Source of the DNA: Penicillus capitatus
Taxonomy: Eukaryota > Plantae > Chlorophyta
Reading direction: 5' to 3'
Length of the DNA: 64,000 nucleotides
NCBI GenBank assembly: GCA_965649825.1
Contig: OZ287701.1
Coordinates: 51,101-115,100 of the forward strand
Part shown: positions 50,508 through 62,448 of the stretch, piece by piece
How positions within the stretch are numbered: the stretch's first letter is position 1
Layout of the letters: every line of letters begins with the position of its first letter
Position numbers and translations under genes: made by a program
The notes under the pieces: model-generated
Databases searched by the model: none
The model's input: the letters and a program-made list of their open reading frames with translations, nothing else
What the model was told of the DNA's origin: nothing

Positions 50508-52265
50508 ATGGATAGCCGATTCGAATACTCCCAAATCGTCACGTCCGACAAAAACGGCGGCTCCATTGAGGTCAATCCCACCAAACACAGGAACTCGTTG
50601 GCCAAATGACGTATCTGAGCAGTTCCGGCTGAGGAAGTTTCAACGATGGAGGCACGAAGACCTCTTCCAGAGCGAAATCTTCGTTATCGGCAAGTTCAAG
50701 TGGTAAAACGCGCGAGCCGCTCTCCTCCTGAATGAAAGCATGTTCAATCAGGAGAGTGGTTTTCTGTCGCACCTTTCCTCTAGAAGGCGGTCGAGAGAAA
50801 CTCTTCATGCAGCTTCTCTACTGCAATGCGAGGTTGATCACGTTCGATATCTCCATCTCATTCCGCAATCAGTTGCGTCCCGACCAAAACCTTGCGCAGA
50901 TATGTGTGGTTCCCAATGCTGCAGCCATTCCTTGATCACCGAGTTTCTGAGTTCTAGACGGGTTTTGTCGGACCTTTCCTTTCTGCTCTGTATTTTTCGA
51001 TGATGTTGACTATCCAGACTACGAAGCCATCATCAGACCCACATCTGGCTTCTTAGTAGACAACACTCTCGTTGTGACCATCTTGCTGTCCAACATCAAG
51101 ACTGTCAGTGCAAGAGGAAGATTTCCCACCATCGGAGACGACATGGGTCTCATCTCTGTGGAAATTCTCTCCGAAGACAGCATACGTGAGAACATGAGAG
51201 AGGGATGCTCGTTCGGTCTCGCTTCTGTCAAGAGAAGGCGACATCATATTGTTAAACGAAATTCGATAGTCAGTACCTTCAAGGTGCCGTCAAAACTATA
51301 ACACCTCAAATCACGCTCTGTTCTTTGTGTATCTAGATGCCAAACAATCGCCTGTGGCTTTGCGAACGTACGGCACGAGGTGTTATCCTGCTGCAGAGGT
51401 TGGATAAACTGCCAATCTATACAAAATTTGGCGACCTTCGAACAGACATGTTCAGCGAGCAACCGTGGCTGACCTTGTACCGAGAACGTCGGCCTCCCGA
51501 CGAACCCTTTCCCGACATTTCAGAAGATGATGCCACTGTTTTCTGCAAGCTTTATGATCCGGAAGCGAGCGCGTTGACGTATGTGGGATCTCTGCAGATT
51601 TCCAAGTCAATGAGATGTCTGGATTTTATCGCCAGACTCGCAGATCTGGCAGAGGTCCCCGTCGGCACAGGATTCGATGTCTACATCGAGGAAGGCAATC
51701 TCAGTGTCAGACATCTCCCGAATCTCTATGCATCGATCCTCTTGGTGAGCAGTGCACATGGGACATCTCATCCATCTCGTCGATTGCTGTCTGCAGACAG
51801 GTGTTGTTTCTGGATCGGTGGTTGTCGTGCGTCTGAGGCTTGACGGACAGGAAGTCTCTGAAGAAACCGTCCAAAATGAACTGATGGCCATATACTTAGA
51901 AGGACTCGAGGTCTCTGACGCAGAGGAACAGGAAATGGCGACAGAAGATCCGCGGGTTCGAGAATCGCAGGTGCCAACCATTGAACCGCGACAGCTTCAA
52001 TGACCTCTGTCTTCTGCATGGCAAGGTTGACGAGAATGACGTGTGTGTTGTCTGCATGGACGCTCCACGGATTTCTGGCTTTCTGCACGGCACAACGTAA
52101 GATCCCGTCGTTTGCATGCTATCTCCCTGTCGGCACGGTTCTTGTGTTCTCAGATCCCATCGTTGCGTCTGTGAACACTGTGCTCTGAAGATCTTGCAGC
52201 AGGCACATCCGCGATGTCCCATTTGTCGTGCCGCCATTCAGCACACCATCTTCAAGATGTTCTAA
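50508..52265 (+). CDS. MATH + USP7-type UBL1/UBL2 + C2H2C4 RING protein (putative E3 ligase derived from UBP12/USP7)
   Basis: MATH: GSIE|FRLRKF..FQSEIFVIGKFKW|...PTSGFLVDNTLVV. UBL: ISVEILSED...NRLWLCER...DDATVFCKLYDPEASALTYVG. RING: CVVCMDAPRISGFLHGTT|SHRCVCEHCA...CPICR. Confidence 0.8.
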
Positions 52266-52669
52266 AAACTCGGCCTTGAATACACTCTCTTCTCTAACAC
52301 CTGGCGATGACAGTATGTGCGTACATGCACACAGAAAAAGTGGTTGCTTAACTTGTCATGAATCGTCTGTAAAGATCTACCGAGACGGCTGCGAGAATTT
52401 CATGACCGACATTCATACACGAGCAGCCTGTCACTGCATTTCCTTCGTCTTCCATTTCGCTATCCTTAGACGTACATCTGTTTTCATCGAGGCGAGAGGT
52501 TATTTCATGGGTGATCGGTTTGGGGAGACGTCATTTAATCACTTTCCGATAAGTGGCGCGATCGGTTATCGCTACATTAACGCATTGCGCTGTTTCGACA
52601 TCGAACGCCGATCAGGATCGCCTTTCCATTGCTTCACATACGAATGATCTTCGTCAACAGCCTCGCAGT

Positions 52670-53404
52670 ATGAGTAGCAGCAAACTGGAATACTCTGAAA
52701 GAGTGCTGTCGACTCCAGCCGGAGGGTCCATTCAGGTATGTTAGGCGCGAGCATCTTCAGTGAGTCTGCTCTTCTCTGTACAGTTGCGTATCAGAGATTT
52801 CGGCAACCTGCGACATGGAGACATGTTCGTGACGGAGCCGTTCGAACTGGATGGCATCCAATGGTGACTCCTGCGTCTTTCTCTGCAACTGTGGACATGT
52901 GTCTGCAGGAAACTCGTTCTGTTTCGTTTGTCAGAGCTAACAGCGGAATCGGACGCAGCGATCGAGTATCTCCTGGCGCATGTGGTTCTGTGCAGCGATG
53001 TTTCTCTTCACTACAAGTACTGGATTTCGTTCCAGAATCGCCTCGATCCATCCAGAAGTCACGTGGAAGCAGGTTCGATTGCGCCATCTGTCCAGAAACG
53101 AATTTCGCATTCTCCTTCAGACGAGTGGGACAGTCAATGTGTCCATGCCATGCAGTTGATGGCCGCGCATCGTGTCCTGGATCGCATGCCACACGAAACG
53201 ATTGTGCACATCCAGGATCCGGATTTCTCCCGGATGCCGCGCTCAATTTTTGGGCAGAGATTGAACACAGGGACAAGTCTACGCATGTACTACAACCTTC
53301 CGGAGATCCGGCATTCTGCGGCGATGATGGAGCCAGAGGGGGCTACAACAGACGTTCGTACATGCGGTCCTGACGCGACAGCACACCTGCCAGTTGTCCT
53401 CTAA
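52670..53404 (+). CDS. Divergent MATH-domain protein, tandem paralog of the 50508 gene
   Basis: LEYSERV...GGSIQ|LRIRDFGNLRHGDMFVTEPFELDGIQW|... Its first three introns fall at the same positions and phases as in the upstream gene. Confidence 0.72.
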
Positions 53405-53612
53405 ACGATTCTAGGATAATCTAGAATGGTGGGTGCCTTTCCGTTTAATATTCGCTTTAGCAGACGTTAGCCTATTGTGCATATCGAAGTCGATCTTTCG
53501 CGGGACGATCCGTGTTACATCGCATTCCGAAGTCGATCTCTTGCTTACAGCAACGAACAGAATCTGAAGTACAGTTTCTGTGTGCTTTGATTTGATGCAT
53601 CAAATCACACGC

Positions 53613-56582
53613 TCATGTTTGTCCCTGATCGATCTTGTGCAGAATGCGAGAAAGCGTTTCCTGCATTGTTCGCATTTGACCTTTCAACGCGGCGTCGTTA
53701 AACTCCGTCTGCAGTTCTCGCTCGACTGTCTTCTCGATGTCACGGATTCTTCCCTCCCGCGTATCGCTTTTCTCTCTTCCCGTCTTTTCGGCGGGGACCA
53801 AATAGTGGAAGTACTTGCCGCCGGCTCGCTGACGGATCTTGCTTTTGTAAAAGCAGGATCTGAAGAATGACGCTATCGCCGACATCAGCCCCGATATTGC
53901 TCCCCATCCAAAGCAGGCCCTGCACACAAGAAAAGGTGTGCACGGAGTGGACGCGACTGGCGGTGTTGACCGGTGCTCTTCTCTTGATGCTGCGCCGCGA
54001 TACGAGACAAAGGAGAGGACATCTCCCGCTATGGTAGCACGACGCCTGGTCAACTCGGCTTCCTCGTTGAGCTTGACTCGATCGTAGACATCGACCAGAA
54101 TCGGGACGAAAAGGTTCATCATGACGATTCCGCCGAATAAAACAAAGAAACTGATAAAGAGCAGCTTCATTAAGCCGACGATCCCTTCCGTCGAACCGAA
54201 TTCCTTCATCGCATACAGCACCTAGAACGGCGAGGATAGCACACAAGATGAGCTTACGTCGTCGTCGATGTTCCCGAAGCAAGCCTGGTACAGTGTCTCT
54301 ATCTGACGCATAAATGTATTGTCACTGAAATCGCCAGCGTTGTCGTCCGCATTGTGGAGTTCCGGCACGGTCAGGATTCGCAGTGCACAGGCGAATCCGC
54401 AGGCGAAGGTCAGACAGATAAAGGCCAGGTATGCGAACGATCGAAGCGAGTGACCGAGCATCGAAATGAAAGGGCCACGGTTCTTGAAGAGCATCAATGG
54501 TTGCATCACCTACAGAACAAACGCACAAACAGTGTGAGTACGTCGAGCGACGCTGTGTGCAATGATGCGCACTATGACAGTGCAGAGGATGCACTCAATG
54601 GACACCAGGATGCCAGAGAGCTGCGTGACGTCTTCCGATGTATGAGAATCGGGGATGAGATACGACAGGATTGCAATGCTTAGAAGGCTAAACATTCAGC
54701 AGCACAGCAATGCATCCATGCTTTCTCCTGTAATGTACTGACGTACTTGATTCTTGAATGTTGGGTGCTGCCTCCGACCACGTGAACGCCCAGCAGAGAA
54801 CACATGACGAAAACGAAAAAGGGCTTGAAGTCAGATAAGTCGCTATCGCGATCCAGGCTTTCAAAAATCTGAGAATGGAGAAAAAACAGCGCAGTGAAGA
54901 AGCCATTGACGGCGGCAAACACTCCGAAACGCCAAGCGACCGATCGAAACACCCAGGAGGTGAAGATTCGCAGAGAATCCGAATTGAAGACATCAACCGG
55001 AAGATCGGACTGCTGGGCGAGAGTGCAGAGGAAGTGGTGCCCGCCACGGCGCTCGCTCGTACGCGATGCGACGTCGACGGTCGCATCGGATGAGCTGTGG
55101 CGGACGGCGTGCTGGTGAACGCATGAGAACTTGGCCACGGCTTCGACGCGAACTCCGGATCCGGATGCGTCGACAAACTTCTCTCGATACTCCTCGCAGT
55201 TCCTCGACCAGAGCTCCCTCACCGCCTTGCCTTCCAGCGGCGTCCAGTCGGTCAATTCCTCGTCCGTCGTCATTGCGATCGGACAGTCAGGATCGCTGAA
55301 CAGCGAGGGAGACGCCCACACCCTGCCGTACTCGAAGCAGAAGGCGTCTCTCTCCAAGTAGTCTCGCATGAGACTGGGGAATCTCTGTGACAATGGGAGC
55401 AGGTAGTTTGTCAGAATGCTGCAGGAAGGATACCTGGGTCTTCCGCGCTTCTGATCAAGAATTCCCTGATCATTGAGAGATGAAGTGTTTATGGACACCG
55501 TCGCCTTGTGCTCGAAGGACGACATAATGGCGCCGTTCTTTGTTGAGTGATCAAGTGATTTGTCGGAGGCAGATAGCCCGTTCCTTATATCGAACCTCCT
55601 CATTTTGGTTTATCCGTCTCATCGTTGGTGCAAGGAAACCATGTCATCCACTTCCCTTGGTGGAGAGAGTCTCTCTTTCTGCATCTCTGATGACACCTGT
55701 TTCGAGTCCTTCTTTCGTGGTGTTGTTTGTATCTAAAGCATGCATTGTTGCCATTACCATATCCGTCTGCATCTGTGCTTTGCTGCTGTTCTATGCGTTT
55801 GTTCGTTTTCTGAGATACGGCTGCTAAGTACCTGGAGTCTGTGCTTGATCGCGTAGGAGTGAAGCACTTCAGATGTGGTTGCACTTCGCTCATCCTCAGG
55901 GTGCACGCTTTTCGTTTACCTGCCAGCCTCACATGCAGCGCTATTGCTCGCGCGTTGCGTTGCAAGGGTAACACTACCAAGGCGAATTCGGCTGAGAACT
56001 GATTTTATCTCCTGTCTTTCTGATTTTCTGCGATACTGACGAGCAAGGAGAGAAGCAAGGGATCTTCGGTTCAGACACACAGTATTTGTGCCACGCTGTC
56101 AGCTGAGTCGGTCAGTCTGTGGAATTTCGGGACAATAGTGAGAACCTTAGCAAACATGCAAGAGGAGCATCTGTGGAAATGACTGGGCCTTTGAGGTGCA
56201 GCAGTGAGAGTGAAACATTATACGACGGTTTCTGCCAACCGTTAAAGTGCGCAGGACGAAGCTCATCATTCTCGACTCCGTTCTCTCAGATGTAGCGCAT
56301 CTGTCGGCACAGACACCGCATGTTCTCGATTTACAGTCAATGGAGCTGCTGGCAGATGGACAGCACATCTGGACTCAACAGCAAGCCTTGTTGCATCATC
56401 AGAACGCCGAATGCCATCGACAGCACCACCGCCGTCAACACGTGAGACCTCTTCTGTTGTCTCTCACTTACCTGGACGATCTCCATTTTCAAACATACTT
56501 TTGGGCGATCAGGTGTCTTCCGTCCTATCTGTGCTATGTCTGTTTTTGTTCTCTGCACTACGGAGCTGCTCGTGCGCTTCAT
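53613..56582 (-). CDS. TRP-like six-transmembrane cation channel; 5' part approximate
   Basis: S5-pore RGPFISMLGHSLRSFAYLAFICLTFACGFACALRIL...TLYQACFG, and S6/TRP-box-like IVMMNLFVPILVDVYDRVKLNEEAELTRRRATI. Confidence 0.72.
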
Positions 56583-56723
56583 TGCCCAAACTTAGCCATG
56601 CTGTGAAGACAATGTGATGTAGCTGTCTTTTCAAAACAGGATCGATCGTCCGTTGATGAATCGCGTCTTGTGCAGCAGCACCTCATTCTGAAGTTTGTCT
56701 GTTCTGCATTTCTCGTCCTCAGA

Positions 56724-59700
56724 ATGCGGCGCCCTCTTTCTCGTCTACGACTCTGCTTTCTGTGTGCTTTTCTTGCACAAGGAGGTGGAATACTACGCGC
56801 AGTCCAAAGCGCCTCACTGCGCCCGTCAGATGTCGGGTCTACGAGCGGCGGTACGTTACCGTCGACATCGTCGCGACTTTATGGTCTTGCGGGTTTGGTT
56901 CTCTAGACCACACGGTCAGGAAACAGCTTCCCACCTTCGCTGCAACACGTCCAAACTTCTTGACGAAACACGTCGAAAATGTACTCCTCGAACATGCCTC
57001 GCGTCGAGGGCATTAACAACTTTTTCGCTTGTAGACGGTAAACGAAGCACGGTCCCTGCAGTCTGGCGCGTCTGTCCATGAGAACGCGGCAGGTCAGGCC
57101 TCCTTTATCTGCCGTGTACATCGCTGGAGCCGAGAGGTTTCTGCCGTGCTGTAGGTTACAATTGTGACGTGACAAGTGAAACCAGAGATCGATACATATC
57201 ACGTGACGGTCAGACATGGCTCATTACCGACGCCGTCCTTGAAGAAATCGGCAACGACTTGCAGAAAATTGTTAACTGCACCAATGAGGGCGATGTAATC
57301 CTCTTCGATGTGACCGAGGTCGTCCAACCAGTTTCGCTGGTCATTATTCCGTGGCGTCTGACGCTCTCCTCACACATTGTTGAGTCTCACTCCAACGGCG
57401 ACGACTCTTCGAGTTCAAGGGCAAGGACAAGATTCACGTGTCCTCGGACGAACGCCGGCCTCTTTCTTGTGCGGTAAGGCCGCATCAAAGGAAAACGTCA
57501 CCTCACTCTCCCACTGTAGAGCCAAAAGCGTCACGTTCACTGATCTCGTATTTGAGGGGTGCACCATCGAAGGCACAGATGAAGTCCGGTCGATCGTCGA
57601 AGTCTCGCAATGTGGAGATCAAAACAGCGCAGGGCTCGTGGCTCTGCACCGCGTTACGCTACGCAAGAATACACTGATCTCAGCTTCAGGGATTCGTATG
57701 TCCGCGTCGTCGGGTTCTGAATTGGAGATGATTGACGTTGAGATCGCGGACAACATCTGCTCGGGCGACGGGTGTGGAGTCCTCCTTGCAAACAAGAGCA
57801 GTTTAAACAACTGCACTGTGTCCCGAAACAGAGTCGCAGAATCTGACGAGCAACAGTCATCAATACTATATGCTCTGGCGTCATCCAATACCACGATGAA
57901 CGGATTCGTGGCCAACAAAAACGATCTCACTGTCCTCCGAGTTCAAGACGCCGTCATTTTTTTGTCGAATGCGGCCTTCAATCGGAATTCCCTGGAAAAG
58001 AAAACAGCCAAAAATACGAAGACCTCCTGTGTCCATTTACTCGAGTCGTTAGCCGCAATGCACAGATGGGCTTTCACTTCTAATGAAGTCGTCGACGGGT
58101 CCGTCGTTTTCGCCGAATGGTCGAACATCTCTATGCTTGATTCGGCTTTCCAGAAGAACGTCGCCGTCAGCAACGGTAGTTGTCTTTACTCGAAAAACTC
58201 CAAAGTGACGCTGGTGAACGTCACGGCGATCAAGAACAGCGCGAGGTCCCGTGGCGGATTCATGTACGTAGAGAGCTCGAACGTGACGCTGGAGAACGCC
58301 ACGGCGATCAAGAACAGGGCGTATTTTTTTGGCGGATTCATGTACGTAGAGAGCTCGAACGTGACGCTGGAGAACGCCACGGCGATCAACAACAGCGCGT
58401 ATTTCTTTGGCGAATTCATGAGAGTAGAGAGCTCGAACGTGAAGATGAAGAACGCCACGGCGATCAACAACGGTGCATGGAATGGCGGATTCATGAGAGT
58501 AGAGAGCTCGAACGTGAGGCTAGAAAATGCCATGGCGACCAATAACAGCGCGGGTTTTAGTGGCGGATTCATGCACGCACGTAGCTCGAACGTGAAGATG
58601 AAGAACGTCACGGCGATCAAGAACAACGCTTGGGACGAAGGCGGATTCATGCACGCTGCGAGCTCGAACGTGACGCTGGAGAACGCCACGGCGATCAACA
58701 ACAGCGTTAAGTACGATGGCGGATTCATGAACGTAGAGAGCTCGCACGTGACGCTGGAGAACGTCACGGCGATCAAGAACAGCGTGGATTCCACTGGCGG
58801 ATTCATGAGAGTAGAGAGCTCGAACGTGAAGATGAAGAACGCCACGGCGATCAACAACAGTGCACTGAATGGAGGATTCGTGCACGTAGAGAGCTCGAAC
58901 GTGACGCTGGAGAACGCCACGGCGATCAACAACAGCGCGAGGTCCCGTGGCGGATTCATGAGAGTAGAGAGCTCGAACATGACGCTGGAGAACGCCACGG
59001 CGATCAAGAACAGTGCATCGAATGGCGGATTCGTGCACGTAGAGAACTCCAAAGTGACGCTGGAGAACGCCACGGCGATCAACAACAGTGCATGGATTGG
59101 CGGATTCATTTACGCAGAGAGATCGAACGTGACGCTGGAGAACGCCACGGCGATCAAGAACAGCGCGGATTCCAGTGGCGGATTCATGTACGCAGAGAAA
59201 TCAGAGGTTCGGCTAAGTCATACAGTTGCAGCATCCAACGGCGCTCGAGATGTCGGCGGATTCATGTCTGCGATAGATTCCACAGTGACCATGGATCACG
59301 CGAATGCAACTAGTAACACTGCGCGCAATGGGGGATTTATGTCCGCAAAGCAGTCAAGTGCGACGTTGGAGCATACGAACGCGGTCAGCAACACCGCAGA
59401 AGACGGCGGCGGGTTCATTTACTCAGAACAATCAACAATATCCGTGGTGGACATGAAAGCGACGAACGGCAGTTCTAAATATGGCGGCTTAATCTTTGCT
59501 CGGAATTCCACCCAAAGAGTTGCACAGTCGCAGTGGTACTCGAGCATGTCGACGGCCGCTGGCGGGTTTGCAGCGGCAACGAATAGAAGCTCGATCTTCA
59601 TAAACGACTCCACTCTTGTTGAAGGAAAGTCCAAAGACGGCGGAGCGATCTGGTTGAAGAACTCTCGCTTAGCAGCTCGCAATCTGTCCATAGCTCACTG

Positions 59701-62448
59701 TGAGGCCGACGATGGTGGTGGCGTGATGGGCATCGATTTTTCAACCTTCCTTTGTGCCGACTGCGCACTTCACAACAACACGGCGAAAGAAAGAAACGGC
59801 GGTGGAGTCTTCATCGATGTCGACCGCGAGCAGACTCTGACTTTGCAGTTCATTCGAAGCACCTTCACGAACAACGTCGCCAAGCTGGGAGGTAAGCGCT
59901 TTTTTCGCGTGGATAAAACAATACTAACAATCACTTGTAGGTGGACTCGTCTTCCTGTCAACTAAGAGTAATGAAGAATACACGACAAACGGCACCGGCT
60001 ATCCCTTCATGGTCCTGGCGGATACGCAATTTTCGGGCAATGAAGCAAGAGTTGCGGGAGGAGGCGTTTTCGCTGCCTACTCGGAAGCTATCCGCTTTCG
60101 TTGCTCTGATGTTCCGCCAGATGAAGGTTTGGAGTTTTACTCAGAGAAGGAGTGGAGAGCCTTGAGTCTGCTCAAATCTGCCGATGACATCTGCCCGTCT
60201 TGGAAGCACAATCGCGGGAAAAAGAGTGGACCCGATGTCGGGACATATGCCGTAGCTGCACGAATGACCGTGGAAGACGCGAATAGATCCGTTTATGAGA
60301 GTGGCGAGGAGTGGGTGATAGAGGGATATCGCGCTGGCGAAGACCTGCCTACAATGGAGGTGGAGCTTATAGATGGTCTGAATCAGAGACCTGCAACATT
60401 CCACCGCCCAGTCAGTGCCAACTTGTCTTCGTCATCTGCTCAATTCCTTGTTGGATCGATCGTCATCCCTATTGATCCCGGGAATTGTGCTTTTCGATCC
60501 ATCAACAGCTTCGTCCCTCCAGGAGAATACAGGCTGGGTATCCATTTTGGCGAGAAGTTGATCGGGAGCATCGGGATCACTGTGAAAGTCCGAAACTGCT
60601 CAGTCGGCGAAAGCGTGTCGACTGGAGAGCTTTGCACGGACTGCAGCAGCACGACATTCAACTTCAAACTCTCAGCCAACTATTGCCTGCCGTGCCCGGA
60701 GAATGGCGACTGCACTTCTCGGGTGGTCACGCCAAATGAAGGCTACTGGCATCAGATGCCGTGCTCCGTCCACTTGCACAGATGCCTTCCAGCCTCCGCC
60801 TGCGAATCCGAAGATCGATCCAAGAAGCTGACAGATGCAGTCAGCAATGTCACGAGCTGCGATTTCGATGAAGCGTGGATCGAGGACTACACACAGGCTC
60901 AGTGTGCGGAGGTAAGCCACACAGTGGCTTGACTCTTCAGAAATCCGAATTCTCTGATTCGTTCTGCAAGGGTAACGGCGGGCCGCTCTGCGGATCGTGC
61001 TTGAATGGTTTCGGCTCTGGCCTGTCCTCGGAGTGCAGAGAGTGCCTGAAGGGGTTCTTCAATACGATCTACATTCTCATGTCGGCTCTCTTTCTCTTGG
61101 GACTGACTGCCATCACGATCCACGGCACACTCAGCGCTCTGCGAGGAAACGCGCGGCAGATTCCAAGTCAGGGCGAGCCCTCGTCTTCGTCAGTGGGAGC
61201 GAGAGACTCTCCACTCCTCGAACAAGAAGTGGGCGCAGGATGCTTATTGTTGCACCACCCAAATCGTGCGTTTTAGGGTCAGGCGGATGACGGAGTGCCT
61301 GCGTCTGAGAAAGTCCTTGCCAAGTGGAGGGCTGTCGAAATGTTCAAGGTCTAAGCCAAACCTACTGTCTTTGTCTCACTTCATCTTTTTGCAGATCACT
61401 TTGAGCTACACCCAGGTTACTGTCCTGCTAGCTTCCCTTGAAGTTGGATGGGCTTTTTCTTTGATCGTCATGGCGGGAGTAGCAGGTGAGTCTAGAGTCC
61501 TCTCCGTGTCGCCTCTTGCCGACTGCTTTGCTGTTGCCAGAGTTTCTTGGCGGTCTCGCATCGGATGGCATTCGACGCTCTGTCGTGTGTCTGAGCTCGG
61601 AGCACCTGTTCTTGCACCCAACAGCCCTGGCACTTGTCGTTAACACATGCATCGTACCGTGTGCCGTGCTTCTCTTCTGGATCGTGTTCTGGGCGATGAA
61701 ATCGAAAAAGTCAGCGGACGACGGGCTTCAACGCTACCTGGCGAAGAGATGTATGTTGTCGCTCATGGTCATCTGGTACGTCACTCTCGTACCTGTGTTG
61801 AAGACCGCGTTGAGCGTCTTCCTCTGTGTCGACGTGCACGACTCGATGGACTTGGATAAGGTCGACGCGACGCACAAGTACTGGGCCGTCGACACGGCCC
61901 TCGAATGCTATCAAGGCGACCATTCGATACTCGTCTACGCCGTTGTCGTCTCTTTCGTGGGTCCAGTTTACGGCGGACTGCTCGTTCTCTTCGGTGCCTT
62001 CCTCGGAGTTTCGGTCAACCACCTTACCGACAAGCAAAGCTGGGGATACCAGACGACGGGATTCCTTTATCGCTCGTACAAGCTGGATCGTTGTCGTTAC
62101 TGGGAAGTCGCCATCATCGCGAGGAAGGCCGCCATCGCCTTTCTCGTGTTCTGCGCTCATCTCTTCGACAGCGCAGTGCCGATCACTGGCGTCGCGTGTA
62201 TCATCACACTCGCCATTGCGGCGCAGATTCTGGTGCTGCCTTACCGACATCTCTTTCAAGATCTCAATAGAATCGAAGTGGCATCCCTGCTCGTGTCGCT
62301 GATGACGACGTTGATCGCTTCAATGCTCAAGGACGAGAACTATCCGGAAAACTACACCCGCGACCTGCTCACGGTCGCGTGTCTTTTGCTGAACATCATC
62401 ACCTTTTCTGTTTTCGTATTCTACATTCTCAAGTTCACAGCCGAGTAA
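56724..62448 (+). CDS. Large cell-surface protein: signal peptide, polymorphic-membrane-protein-like beta-helix repeats, Cys-rich region and multi-pass TM C-terminus
   Basis: Signal peptide MRRPLSRLRLCFLCAFLAQG; GG(F/A) plus N-x-A repeats; CLPCPENGDC...GYWH...C Cys-rich module; GPLCGSC; several TM helices with YWEVAIIARK. Exons joined by GT-AG introns. Confidence 0.8.
58206..59190 (+). repeat. Intragenic tandem repeat: ~13 near-identical 69-72-nt (23-24-aa) units
   Basis: Unit VTLENATAIKNSAxxxGGFMxVESSN; DNA-level near identity, e.g. GTGACGCTGGAGAACGCCACGGCGATCAA recurs many times. Confidence 0.95.

Noticed and set aside
58186-59109. 307-aa antisense ORF with repeats
   Set aside because: Shadow of the 72-nt coding repeat on the plus strand.
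62446-62448. Non-canonical genetic code (TAA/TAG read as Gln, as in some ulvophytes), suggested by in-frame TAA here and near 50369
   Set aside because: Centrin, PRMT1, BADC, IFT-linked and other conserved genes end in TAA or TAG exactly at their expected C-termini, and conserved exons contain no internal TAA or TAG.
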